DNA from: Euglena gracilis | Lineage: Eukaryota | Direction of reading: 5' to 3' | Assembly (NCBI GenBank): GCA_039621445.1 | Contig: CP154954.1 | Location: 8,434,634 to 8,498,633, forward strand | Length of the DNA stretch: 64,000 bases | In this document: in pieces, positions 12,331 to 25,316 of the stretch | Layout: each line of letters starts with the position of its first letter | How positions within the stretch are numbered: the first letter of the stretch is position 1 | Position numbers and translations under genes: made by a program | Notes under the pieces: model-generated | Seen by the model: only the letters and a program-made list of their open reading frames with translations | The model's database searches: none | What the model was told of the DNA's origin: nothing

Positions 12331-12689
12331 TCAGCAGATAGCTGCCGCCCCGCCTCTCCATGCGGCCCACCTGGAGGGGCCGGTTAGGGAGGTACTGCCA
12401 CGGACGGACGGTGACCTTGTGGACCTTCCGCGGGGGGTGGGGCTCGTCGGCGGCGGTGGTGACGGGCTCTGCGGGTGGATCGTTGTACGACTGGGCGGGG
12501 GTGGACGATGCTTGGCGGGTGCACGATGGCTGGCGTTGGCGCGGGGCTGGGGACAGCCCCGCTGCTTGCCGGGGCAGTGCCGTCCGGCTTGGCGGTGCGG
12601 TGGCGGAAGCGGGTGCGGGTGCCGGCGACGGCGGTATCGCGCTGGGCGGCACGGCTGCTTGGCGGGTCGGTGGGGTGCGCTCGCACAGG

Positions 12690-13240
12690 TATCGGACGAC
12701 ACCTTCGGGAACGCGGTACGCCTGCTCTCGGGTACCGCGCTGTCGCCGTCCATCTTGCTCCTCCACGACGTTCTCGCTCTGGCCTTCACACACGATGTCG
12801 TGCATGGAGTCCGCGATGCAGAAGCGTGTGGGCTTGCGATAGCCCCACCCCTCGAACATGCAGTAGTCCACATCGACGTACTGCATGTCCTCCAGGACCT
12901 TGCGGTGGCGGAGTTTCCCATAGCGGAGATTCTCCAGTAACCACAGGGACGGCCGCAGGTAGGCGATGATCTCCTTCGTCTTGCGGACAAGGAAGTTGGC
13001 CTTCCGCAGCCGCCGCCTCCTGGTCGTCATCGCTCTGGAGTACTCGGTGCACGGCGGCGAGGCGGCGACCAGATCGAAATCGCCGGGCCAGTACTCCTCC
13101 CAGTACCGCCAGCTACGCACGTCCACCGTCTTGTCCGCCTTCTACTGCGGGTCGGCGTCCACCGAGACGACGGAGTAGCCGAGTTTCTCCAGCGCCCGCT
13201 TCACCGAACCCGTTCCGGAGAACAGGTCCAGTGCCCACCT
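12690..13240 (-). pseudogene. C5-cytosine DNA methyltransferase domain inside the Gypsy polyprotein, between gag and protease
   Basis: Motif I LDLFSGTG (13208-13231), VSVD, motif IV ASPPCTEYS (PPC 13049-13057), motif VI WLLEN (~12929-12943), motif VIII YRKPTRF, C-terminal AYRVP. One in-frame TAG at 13142-13144 (likely TGG). Confidence 0.9.
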
Positions 13241-13249
13241 CTTTGGCGT

Positions 13250-15418
13250 CGAGGTTGTCGGTGACGATGCGGCCGGCTTCGGTGCCGCCCGGTAGGACGG
13301 TGCGCTCTGCGGTGGGAACGGGGCGCTGGTTGCTGCGGGTGCGGAGCGTGGTGCCGCTGACGGCGCTGCTGATGGCGGAGGAAGCGTCGTCCGGCTTGGT
13401 GCGGTCTGGCGCGGTGCTCGCTTTTGTTGCTGCCGGACTGGGGGCGTCACGGTGGCACGATGCTGTGTAGACGATGGCACGGACGCTGCTGGCTTGGCGG
13501 GGGGCGAGGACTGCGCAGACAAGACCGGTCGCGCCGCAGACGGTTGCTCGGAACGACGGGACTTCTTCTGTAGCACGGACCAGTAGTTGTTTGTTGAAAC
13601 CTGATGGGCCCGCCTTGACAGTGTGCTTCAGGGCACGGTCTCTCCCCTCCTTGGCAGATTTGGGGCTGGTTGGGTCTGGGTGGCGTGCAGGGCTCTTGGG
13701 TGATTGCCCGCACGCTCACGCTGGCGTTGGGACTTGACGGCCGGCCCAGACCCCCATCACTGGGGCCTGGGCAGCCCCGTCACTCATGATAATGCTCCTG
13801 GACGGCCGAGACGTTGCTCTTGCCGTCCTTGCCTTTGCCTTTGGACTTTCCTTTTCCTTCATCTCCTTTGGCTCCACCTTTCGCCTTGCCTTTTCCTTTG
13901 CCTTCACCTTGTCTTGGGGCATTCGATGTCCACTGCTCGCCTTGGTACCCACCACCTTTCCCTTTTTCTTCATTTCCTTGCCATGCACTCGATGGGTTTG
14001 GTATCCACCCTTTCCATTTCCTTCTTCACTCGTCCATGGGATCGATGACCACTACTCCGGGTACCCACGTCCCCCTTGGCCTTTGTGCTTTGCCTTGGGG
14101 CGCGGGCACCGGCGGCGTTGGCGGGCATGGTTGCTGCGCTTGCTCCTCCTTCTTCGGCGGCACATTCGTCTTCTCCACCTCCTGGATGTACGGCTCCTCG
14201 GTGGTGTCGTCGACCTCCACGTCCCGCTGCCACCGTGGTACAGGCCGCTTCTCCGGGATCTCCTTCTCCTTCTCGGGGGCCCTCTTTGCCTCCATCCGCA
14301 GCCAATTCACCATGAGGTTGTGGATGTCGTTCGCCGGTAGGTCGCACGGTTCGGCCGTCACCGTGACGATGCTATCGCCCTCGAGCCCCTGGCGGTCGTA
14401 CACGGCCTTCACCAGGGTGCGGTACTCGTCGCCCACTGGCACCACCACGAAGCGGTGCCCCGCCTTCCGCACTGAGGCGGGGGCCACCGTGGTCTCTTGC
14501 CTGATCATCTCCTTCACCTCCTCCACCGTCGTGTCCATCGGCAGGCCCTCCAGCTCGATGGACCGGTGGTCTACCCGCTTGTCCTCCTCCTGCGCCACCT
14601 TCCGGCGCCAGGGGTGCAGGGGCATGGCTTCCACGCGGAGCTTCCCCAACTCCTCCTCCTCCATGCCCACCTGCCTCGCCATGGACGCCATCTGCGTGTA
14701 ATACTCCCCCCAGGACTTCTCGGTCAGCTTCCCGCTCGTCACCAGCTTCAGCTTCCTAATTCGGCGCCGCAGGACCTCCTTGTCCTCTCCACCGTTTGCC
14801 AGGTCCACCTCCGCGAACAGCACGGCATACTCCACCTCTCTCTTGGTCTCGATCTCCTCGTCCAGCATCAGCACCGTGGCCTCGTCCAAAGCCGCGCGGA
14901 ACATGGCGAGACGCTGGGCTGACGTGATGGATGGCCACGCCTGCTCGAGTTTCCGTAGAAACAGGAGCCACCGCCTCCGCCACTGCGGCCAGTCCTCCGG
15001 ATGCCCGGAGAACCGGCCCGGGTGGAGGCCGATGACGGAGTCCACCAGTGGCGCCGGGAGGAAGGAAGAAGAGGAAGTGCAGGGCCGCTGGCTGGGACTG
15101 CACCGGGGCGATGCAGACCTCTCGCACCGCGTACGCGACTGGGACGGGACGGCGGACGGCGTGGTCAGGCAGGCAATGGAGAGGGACGGCACCCCGCCCC
15201 CTCCCGCCGCGGCCTGCTTCCGGACCAGCCGGAGAGCTGGTCGGAGGGTGGACGACGACTTCTCCTGCACCACGGACTCCTCCTGCATAGGCTTCTCCAT
15301 CTGACCGTTCTCACCTCTGGCACTGGCTGCTTCTGGGCCACCAGCACCGGCTGCTCGGCTGGGGGTGGCGGAGCCTTGGCGGGCATGGCCAGCAACGCCT
15401 TGGCTTGGGAGGATACGA
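13250..15418 (-). pseudogene. gag: Gypsy gag, 3' half (DNMT element)
   Basis: HPGRFSG..DWPQWRRRW capsid-like motif, GK-rich tract, Pro/Ala linker leading into the DNMT; frameshifted. Confidence 0.8.
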
Positions 15419-15673
15419 TGTGTTTTACCCCTGGCATCCTTCCAGCAGTTTCCAACTTGCAACTTTTCTTGACTTCACCAGCTGCAGGCAAAATTCCCAA
15501 TCAGAGTGCACTTCCAGATATGTCCAAAGACATCCAGGTAAGCCCAGGTAAACAGTGCACGTTTGTTGCCGGCTACACAGAAACAGATGAAATGAACTGA
15601 AATTAGGATTCACTTTTTTGAATTAGGGAATGCCACTGGTAGTAATTACAATTGCCAGGACCAGTGCCTCACA
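15419..15673 (-). repeat. 3' LTR of element A
   Basis: Near-identical to 32984-33248 (one ~10-bp indel, scattered substitutions). Confidence 0.92.
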
Positions 15674-16312
15674 CTCCCCTCCTCGGAAAAATTGCCTGCA
15701 ATTTTCTCTCGACTCAATTTTTAGGAACGGGTCCTGGCAAAGCCCCTCCAAAAATTGGAGCAAGGCCCGCCGTACAGCGAAATGTCAGACGATCCGTAAT
15801 TACAATTCGAACAATTGTCGAACAACACTACCCCAATGTCCAAGGTTCTTCACCAAGGCGAACTGCAAACCCAAAAGCTCTTCACCGTTGGGCGAGTCCA
15901 GGTATTTGAATTCGTAACATTTTGCAAGCCAAGCACAGCACGAAGCAATCACGTGCCATCAGTCTCAGAGGCGCACAGTGATGTCGGAACAAATTAAAAT
16001 CCTGGTTTCAGGCGATGATCACGTCACTGGGCCATCCCACACTGGAGAGGCGCGCTGGTGGTAGTCAGATCGAGGGGGGGGCTGGGCCACCCCATGCCAG
16101 GGGGCTCACAAGTCACCAAACCCCAACGCCAATGCCAAAAAGGGAGGACTGGGCCACCAACCTTGAGGGGCACACTGGTCACATCCCATTGCTGTCGGGC
16201 CATCCCCATTGGAGGCGCACAAACAACACCCGAAAACAAGTATGGATGAGCCATCCTGGCAGAAGAGGCTCCCTGTCCAACTTACAGAATCACATGTCAG
16301 ATGGGCCATCAG

Positions 16313-16724
16313 TGTACGTCCCCTGACTCTATTCCCACTGCCTGTCGGCTTACTTACACCCACCCGTGGGGACAGAACCAGGAGAGTAACAAAAAAAATC
16401 TTTCACTTAACTATTAGTTTTTATTGCCTTTGGGCTTATGCAGAGCACAAGGCAAAGAGAGGGATTTGTTTGGAAACTCGGTCCTCCAATGTTCTCCTAT
16501 CGGAGTGTTGAACTTGAAATCTTGGTTTGCCCTTTTGGGCTAATGAAATGTGAAAAAGAATAACAATACCACCTGTGAAAAGAGAAGGCAGATCCGAGAT
16601 AGGATAGGCCATTCCTAATTCTGCAACTTGTATTGCAGAACTTGGAATAGTACTATCTAGCATGACATTGTACATTCTGCAGTCTGCTGCTATGCACAGT
16701 GCCATGTCCATGCTGCCCGGTACA
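16313..16724 (-). repeat. 3' LTR of element B
   Basis: ~410 bp highly similar to 31923-32338; adjacent purine tract GGGAGGGGGA (16727-16736, minus strand). Confidence 0.9.
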
Positions 16725-17852
16725 CATCCCCCTCCCAGGGCTTTGCCCGATTTCCTTATTGGACCAGGCCAGCAAGGATTCAAGCAGAGCTCTGAGACTG
16801 AGGAATGTACACCAGGACCGCATGTCTTGGGTCTTCTTCTCCATCACAAGGTCAAATACCAGAAATGGAAGGAAGAGAGGGGAACCCAAAAACCCAAAAC
16901 GCGCAAAAGAGTTCACCCGCTTATGCGGCTAACTACTTATTGCGGTAAAGGGGTGGAAGTGGAAGAGCCCGCTTGGAAAGTGGGGCCGGAAGGTTTTCTT
17001 TCCAGAAATCCCATCCTCCCAGGTTTGGGTGTGCCTATGGCACTTGGGGTGGTGTATTCCATGATCGGAAAACGAATTCTCGGGTGGGTGTGGAAGGAGG
17101 GGGCACCTGGTCAGTCGTACGTGACCAGGGAAGAAAGCCTATTTACAAAACCAACTGCCGGCGACAGCGATGTTTTGCCCCGGGGGGTAAAGGGGAGAGG
17201 GTGGGGGGCTGGTCTAAAGACCTTACAAAGATTTTTTGCTGTCTGGCAGTCTTATGGGGGCCTTAAGGCCGAAAAGTAACAAGTTGAGTCTATTATTGCG
17301 GTGTGCGCGCTGTACGCTGTGCGTCTTCTTACTGGCGGCATATACCGCTAGTGAGGGCTTCACAATGCTGCGCGGACACGGCGTTGGCGATGGGGTATCC
17401 CCAGAGGCTTATACCTCAGAATAGCGGGCAGTAGCCCTAAAAACTATAGATTTGGCATTTTGTGCCTTGGGTGTGCAGCCTGTAGGCTGAAGGGTTGCCC
17501 TTAGCCAAAAATAATGGGGGGGTAGGCTTCATCGCCCAAGAAAATTTGCCTTGCGGAATATGCATGGCACAAAATACTACTGGGCGTATACCCGAATCAA
17601 AAAAAAATTCGGCATATTGCTGGCATCATGGCGTCATGGCTGCTGCCAGTTCACAGAACAACTGTGGTTGGTGTGGCTTATACCACTTTGAAAAACCGCA
17701 AATGAACTGTGAATGCACATAAAATGGAGGAACATTGTTCCAGTGCGGTGAAATTCATCACAAAAAGCTGGATTTCACCATTTTTGAGCTATGGTTCTTA
17801 TAAACCTTGCAGAATGACACCATTGGTGTTGCAAATGATGACCATTGGGTCC

Positions 17853-17937
17853 TCCGAATTATATCGGTAAGGGGTCCCACTGAATAAAGTGCGGGGGTCC
17901 GAATTATATCGGTAAGGGGGTCCCACTGAATAAAGTG
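17853..17937. repeat. Two-copy ~39-bp tandem duplication
   Basis: TCCGAATTATATCGGTAAGGGG(G)TCCCACTGAATAAAGTG twice. Confidence 0.9.
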
Positions 17938-20900
17938 GGGGGGGGGGGGTGGGGCAAGAATGCCGTTAGTGTGGTAAGCAGAAAAAAATACTGCAAATAT
18001 GACAAAATCTCATCATTTGTGACTATGCCACTGAGAAATACTGACTTTTGTCAGATTTTTAGGGAAATCCCCATCACAATTTAGGGTAGAAATGCAGATA
18101 TTCTGCGTCGAGAGTTGCATTTTTGTCACCAAAAGTGCAACTTCGTTGCATTTTGAGTCATTAATACTGCAAATTTGTCAAGTGCACATAGTGCTTGTTG
18201 AGAGTGTCCAATAACACTGCATGTTTGTTGTTTTGACAGATTTTGGGATCTGGGTGTCTAATAACACCACATCACCCAAAAAACTGTAAAATTGTGCAAA
18301 AAAATATCGCAAAAGAAGCAAAAATACGCTTGAAAACACAAGTAAAACATGTCTATGAAATCTTGAGCAAAGGAAAAATTGCCATTATCAGCATATCCCT
18401 TTGCATTCCACTCTGGCATAGTGCCTCATGGTCACTCACATTAGGGATATGAGTACCAGAATAGGGAAAAAACACCAAAAATTGCAGAAAATCAAGGATT
18501 TAAATGAAAATTTGCACATAAGTGCTCCTAAAAATGGATCTAGTGAGTCGAAATGACTCCAAATTGTGGGCTATAGCCCTCTGAACTGTACCAGGCCTAA
18601 TAGCCTATACAGAGGGGTTAATGGGCAGAATGCTGCCAAAGGGACTAAAAAATGGCCATTAGCCAATCTGGTAACCAATGGTAATTAGCCATCAGAAACG
18701 ATGTGGGGAACAGTATAGAAGCCTTTCAGGCTGATTTGCCAGTCTGGTACACCATCGTACAAGATCTGGCCCAAAATTTGTCTTTTGGCCGGATTGGCTG
18801 GGCTTAATTCAATTTTTCACGATCTCCTCAAACTAGAGTAGGAACGGACTACAAGGGTATGAAAAGGTTATAGACGCACATGAATACTTGCATCTACCCT
18901 ACCTTTTTGAACACGAATCATCATTCGGCGAGAATACTGATTTTTGTTTTGAATGACTGTTGACTTTACAGCAAGCAAGCACCACCATCGCTTAACATTG
19001 CCGAAATTGCTCCTAAAAAAGCGGGCGTTGTCTGTTGCTAAAAAAAAAATATGGCGAAAAATTACGTCAGCACGAACAAAAGCAAAAACAAAAACAACCT
19101 GTTTACTAAAAGTAGAGGCAGATGGGTAGGCAGGCGCCACGTTCCACACGTGTAGGTGGAGGGGTAGGGACTAACGTGCCTCTCATCATACCTTCCTTAT
19201 GCGGGATATCCAGGTATCTGCTCTTTTACGTGCGGCTACTTCACATGCGCACAACTTGTTTTTGCTCATCTTTCTTTGGTGTACGCGTTGCGGGGAGTAC
19301 TTTCTGGGCGTGGGCTTCAGGATCCGCCGTTTTTTTGCTAAATTCCACAACATAACTTCAGGATCCCAAGTCTCCAAGCATCCTCGTGGTGATCCGCATC
19401 TTCCAACAAACGATATCAACACACGCCTGAGGCTCACAAGATGTGCCTGTAGGCTTTGGCCATTGCTTGTGGACACTTACAGTTGTGGTGAGGAGTTGTC
19501 ATAAAATTCGTTATGGTCTGCCCAACTTGCCAGCATGCTTTCGAACTTTCAACCTCCAGCCTAGAGACACATCCTTTTTGAAATCTGGACCATTTAAGAA
19601 AATCCACACGTGCGAGGAACAATTTTTCGTAGTGGTATGACTGACCATTAAGGAGGTTAACGTTTCTCCCCAAGCGTGCAACCGAAACACACCCTTTTTG
19701 GGCCAATTTTTTTCATTCTGTCTGAAAAAAAAAATCCGAGGAGAACGAAATGGTTTGGTGGGAGAAAACAAAAGAACACTTTTGCCAAGTGAGAAATGTT
19801 CCCTCAAAAAAAAAACTGCGAAAAGAAAAAAGAACAAGATTGTGCAATATTTAATCTTTGGAAAAACAAAACACACAAAAGAGCTCTGTGAGTAACATGC
19901 AACTCGTGTTAAAATCAATTCTGCAGGAATTTTCCCAAAACGACGTAAATCAGGTTCAATGAATTTCATTTTGTGCACCACACCCCAAACCGGTTAAGTG
20001 AAAGCAAGGTAACTGACACAAATCCGGGCTATGTTACAAAAAATGCAACACTTTCAAATGACGTCATCCTTCCAAAATCACCTCCTTATAACTGTATTTA
20101 TTGCATTCTTCTGTGTTTTTCAAATTCTCTGTCAAATCCCCAACGCGAGAAATCAAGCAACAATACCATCATAATCCATGCGCTATTCACTACAACTTTC
20201 AATGAAAAGTCGTTGGAGGAATATGAATGTAGTGGAGTATTTGAGAGGAAAATTTTTGCCGGATTTAACAAAACATTTATTTTGGATACACCACTGTTAT
20301 TACTTAACCGCATGACACAAACGAAAAGCTGCAAAAGTTGCATTCAAAAGCATATGACAACAAAAGTTTCTCGGGAGTTTACAAACACCGCAAAAGAGCA
20401 AAACAGGAACAACATCAGGAAATCATTCCTTCGAATGTCAACACAGAATGAGGTCAAAGTGCAAAACCATTATTTCTTCCATTCCACTATTTCAACCAGC
20501 AAAACAATCAGTCCATTCAATTGTGCCTGTATTTCAATTGCAGAAAAGTTTGGCAAAAGAGAAAATGTTCTCAAACTAATGGACCATGGCCATGCCGTCG
20601 TTCGCGGCCGCCCGTGTACCGAATGTCAGCCCAAAAAAATAGAACAACAACCAAACAAGCCGGAACAAATCCGCAATATCTGATGGGCCGATCTTCCGTA
20701 CAGAACGGGTATGAGCCTCTCCGAAGGAGAAATTTCCCATTCTAAAACAGAACATTTCAACATACCTGAAAAGTCTCACACCCTACTTTTCCCTCAAAGT
20801 TTACTTATTTGACGCCGGGACGTAACCTATAACTATAGTAAGAAAGAACGACAAGAGCCTGAAGGTTGAAGTTTTTATTGAAGAAAACAGTTTTTTCTTT

Positions 20901-23900
20901 TTTATGAATGTAAAGGTGGACTTGCTTTTTAAAGCCCGCTCAAATTAACAAACCCCAGTCATCCTTCACCCAGATTATCACTTGGACTTGCAGTTTTCCT
21001 TTCCATCAACCTTTGTAAACTATTTCTGAAGATTGGTCTAATCCGTGATGCTCAACACTTGACAGGCCTCTAAAATCCGCTACTGACAGGAAGAGACACA
21101 AAAAATGTTTCAAGAATGGGGAGGAAAATGGGGTTAAGCGTCAAGGTGGGACGGCAGAAGCATGGGCCCGTGCCGTCCCTCACCCTTGCGCCACAGGCGC
21201 AAGGGTGGGACCGGCACGGGGCCTGCGTGTCTCTCATCTTACCATCAGTGGGCAAGGTGCCTAATCTTCGTTTCCAGTGATGGCTGTTTTTTTCAATCCT
21301 TAGCGGCATGATTCATGCAGCCCAGAGGCCTCGGTAGGAGCTCCTAAGCCTCTAAAGGATGCCTTCGTGTCTCCAAGCTCTCCGCCAGTGTGCAAGGGGT
21401 CCATTTTAGTTTCTGGTGTTGGTTTTTTTTGTAAGCCTTCGCGGCATGTTTTATGCGGCCCACACGCTGATATACAAATACATCTGGGGTTTCCAAGTGC
21501 TCCTTGTTTGTTCAAGTTCTTCAAGTTTCTCAAGTCATCCCGTTGGGATGCAAAAGCGCCGTGGCAGTTTTCCAAGTGGTGTCCTATGGCTCCACGCGCT
21601 ACGGCAAGCATTTTAGAGCCTCCTTGGTGTTTTAGTACTCTGCCAGAAATTTTTGGGCCACTTTTTGGTGTTTTTCCACTTGCGCCAGGTGCTCTCTCTC
21701 TACAATGTGAAAAATAATCTCACGGGATGGTGTTAGGTATACTTTCCCTCCCTTTCTTCAAGAAGGTTGTCACCCAAAACCTCAACATCATTTTGGTGTT
21801 GCTGTTTTCTTGGAAAACCCCCTAAAAAGGAAGGATGAGGAGGGAAACCGAGGAAAAGTGTTTCAGATTTTTTGAAATACAGAAATACAAAATATTCTGA
21901 TCTAACAAAAAAATGTTTCGAAACATTTGTTTACTGTTTAAAAACGGTTAGGGTTAAGGTTAGGGCCCAACGGGCTGTGCATTTCAAATTTGTGAAACTC
22001 TCACAAGCGTCATGCAAAGGCCGCTCACGTGGACTTTCCCCCGTCTTTCCAAATTTGCAAAACGAATAAACGAACAGTGGAACCAAAACAAACAGGCTCT
22101 GGTCACACGTAAATGCAACAGTTGGAGTTGCAAGCGACTTCACCTCCATAATATTTCGCTGTTGCAAGGAATCTCAGCATGGCATTTCGCTTTCATTTCT
22201 TCAGCTTCTTACTTCAACTTCTTACTGAAACCCACTGATGAAGGAACCATGCATCACCCCGGACTCCAACAATATCAAAAAGTGAATACGCACTTCGTGT
22301 TCCAAATGTGATGTGAGACCTTGGAATGAGATGAATGATGGTACAGAGGAAGAAGTTCGCATAATTTGATGGAACAATGTTGATGAAAAAAAAACATTGT
22401 GATGACACATCTGCAGACCAAAGGCCAAAATGGTGTTGCAGCTATGATGCACACTGACATTTTGAATGTACCCGTTCCCAAACATTCAAAACAACACAGC
22501 ATATGATAAGGTGACTTTTTAGCTGAAGGTGTGATTAGTGGTGGGCCCTCCTTTCTTCAGTATAGTAGGTATAGTATGGCTTTTTGATCCGGCGTCGGTC
22601 TGGATTGAAAAAAAAATGTCCGTCCATAAACCATTGGATTGGTCTTCATTCTGCATCGCCATTCATTGCAGCCTTCCAAATGCGATCCCCATCTCGCGCT
22701 AAAAAGTGGGTTGTACCCAAATTAAAATATCACGGGGTACTCGGGGTCCCACGACAAAGGAAGGGGGAGGAAGGGACCAAGACGGCGAAGCACAACACGA
22801 TGGTGAGGACCTTACCATCTCGTAGTGCGGAGCCCATCTGGGAAGTTTATGAATGCACATCACATATTTTTCCTTTGTGTGGGGCATCTTTGAGCCCAAT
22901 TACGCCCCGTTCTGTGTGATATTTTTTGATGGTGGTGTGGAAAATTTGATGGTGGAATGGAAAATTTTGGTGCGGGTGCAATTTTTTTGATGCTGCTCGC
23001 CCATGGATTCAGGCGCCCCCCCCAAGCCCCAATGACCCTACCCGGGCGACACCTAAAACACCAACCAACCTGGGCCCACATTTTCAGCAAGGCTTCCCTC
23101 CTCCAAAAAGTTCGGAGCGTGGACCAAAGATTTGTGCGCATGTGAAAACTGCGCCGCCCAAGAAACCGTTTGTGCACAATTCTGAAGTTTTAGCTGTTTC
23201 AATGTTATCTTCAACAAAGTGCCTTGCAGGGTTGCCTTATATGGAGACCGGAAAGGAGTTTTTGCATATGGTTGAGGCGCCGTTGCTTTATCAACTGATT
23301 TTGGCAGGACCCAGAAACGGCATACGAAATCGCCGACCGAGAGGGGGAGGGCCCGCGCCTTCATTTTTGATTCAATACCGTGATATCCAATCTGCATTGT
23401 TCCCACCCTGCCGAAGTGGGCGGCCTGGTTTCTGTCTGGCTATCCACCGTACAAAAAAAGTAATCCTCAAATGGGCTGAAACAGCAGAGCCGTGAGACAG
23501 CTCCAATAGATGCGCTCCCCGTCGGAGAGGCCGCCCGCCCGCTATTTTTTGGCTGCTTTTTAAAGGGCCTTGCCGAAATCCCCCAGAGGACGGTGGTGTG
23601 GGGGGGAAGGCTGCTGTATCGGCACGTGCGATGAGCTTGGCCTGCGACCTTCCGGCGGCCTTCCACCCCCAAAAAAAATGTGCGTTCAAAAAGCCGGCTC
23701 ACGGCCTCACTTGGCGCTTTTTTGTCTCGTCTTTGATGTGCCCTGTTTCCGGCCCATTAAGGTCCCCCATGTCGGCGAGATAAAAGCCCGCAATTTCCGT
23801 TTCATTGTTTAGTTTATCTTTTTGCTTTGTAAGCCATTGAGTTTTAAAAGAGAAAGATCCAAAACGGGCGATTTTTGATTAAAATCTAGCGCTCATGTGC

Positions 23901-24571
23901 GGAGGGTGTTGGGATTCAAAGGTTTTGTTTGGCCTTTTCTTTCTGGGGTGGTTCTTGACATTGGCATTGGTGTGGGGCAGGTGGGTTTTGAGGTGGACGA
24001 ATTCATTGAAAAATATTTGTGAAAGGTGGAAATTTCAGGGAAAGGTCCTTACAAAGAATTGGAACTCTAGATGCGTTTTTGTTTCAATGGGGAACTTTTT
24101 TCGATTTCTCGAACAGCAGGACCCTTTGGTGGGGTATTTTCAGGAAGGGGTGATTAATAAAGCCTGACGTTTCCGATGCGTTATTTTTTAACAATTGATT
24201 CTGAAAAACCTCGGCGGGCTTTTCACATAAAAAAAAATGCGCATGAAAAATAAAAAATGATCAATCCCAACGAGAAAATTGTTTGATCCTATTTTTTTTT
24301 TGCTGCTGTTTATGTTGTTTTACTGCTGTTTCTCTTTTTGGCACATTGAGAATCAAAACAAAAAAAGTTAAAGCAAGTTAAAGCAAGTTAAAACAACAAT
24401 GAAACACAATAAACACTGGTGGACACAATCGCCGCATGTCCAGCATTCAAAATTGCTCAATTGAACCTGTAGAACCAAAAGAAGTGCAAACCAACCAAGC
24501 ATCAAAATGAAAGCACCAACGCCACCCTTCTTAAAAACTTTAAAACCAACTGTGATTCTGAAAACACAGTG

Positions 24572-24765
24572 CAGGGGGGGGGAAATGCGCTCGCCCGGCC
24601 TCGGAAAAAATGCGCAAAAATGCGCAAAAATGCGCAAAAATGCGCAAAAAAATGCGCAAAAAATGCGCATTTTTGGAAAAAATGCGCAAAAATGTGCAAA
24701 ATCCGAGGAAAAATGTGCAAAAATCACAAAAATGCAAAAATTACCCAAAAACATGCAAAAATTCA
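24572..24765. repeat. (AAAATGCGCA)n array starting at a CAGGG end, probable transposon subterminal repeats
   Basis: 10-bp units visible; a second degenerate TGCGC/GCGCCATAG array lies at ~27200-27600. Confidence 0.7.
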
Positions 24766-25022
24766 CATTAATTGTACAAAACCCCCCCAATGACATCCAC
24801 CCTCATCCCCCCCATAATGGCCACCCTCCAGGCACCATGGGACCCGAAATGGCTTCGAAAACCGCTTTGGGGTGGGGAAACTCTGGGAGGGGGCTAATTT
24901 TGCCAAAGGCGCCGAAACAAAGTGGCCACTTTGAGGGGGTGAACCAAAAGTTGCCACTTGGGGGTGGAACACTTTGAGGGGTCTGAGGGTACTTGCAATT
25001 TGCGTGCGGCCAATGGACATGG

Positions 25023-25316
25023 CAAGGCTGGATTGAGGTTGAGGTTTGCAAATCAACCTCAACCTCAATGTCGCCGGGTTGGCGATTTTAAACGCAGAGA
25101 TAAATGACAACTGCCCTACATTTGAAAATTCCAGTTAATTTGCCTGTACAATTTTTTGCCAAGGAGTCCTTTTCCTTTGCAATTTGATTGCCAAGGAGTC
25201 CTTTTCCTTTGCATTTTGACATAAAGGTGACATGGGAAGGATTGAGGCTGCGAAACCTCAACCTCAACCTCAATGTCAACCTGAACAGCAATCCTGAATT
25301 CCTCAATCCAACCATG
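25023..25316. mobile_element. hAT-like MITE
   Basis: TIR CAAGGCTGGATTGAGG / CCTCAATCCAACCATG; imperfect flanking duplication GACATG; internal (CAACCT)n repeats. Confidence 0.6.

Noticed and set aside
12690-13240. Bacterial restriction-modification gene or contamination
   Set aside because: The domain lies within the retroelement polyprotein between gag and protease, with matching composition and no nuclease partner.
6251-15300. Numerous plus-strand ORFs of 100-300 aa
   Set aside because: Antisense shadows of GC-rich minus-strand retroelement coding sequence; no motifs.
19973-20683. 236-aa ORF as a host gene
   Set aside because: No recognisable motif and no canonical ATG start; cannot be supported without a search.
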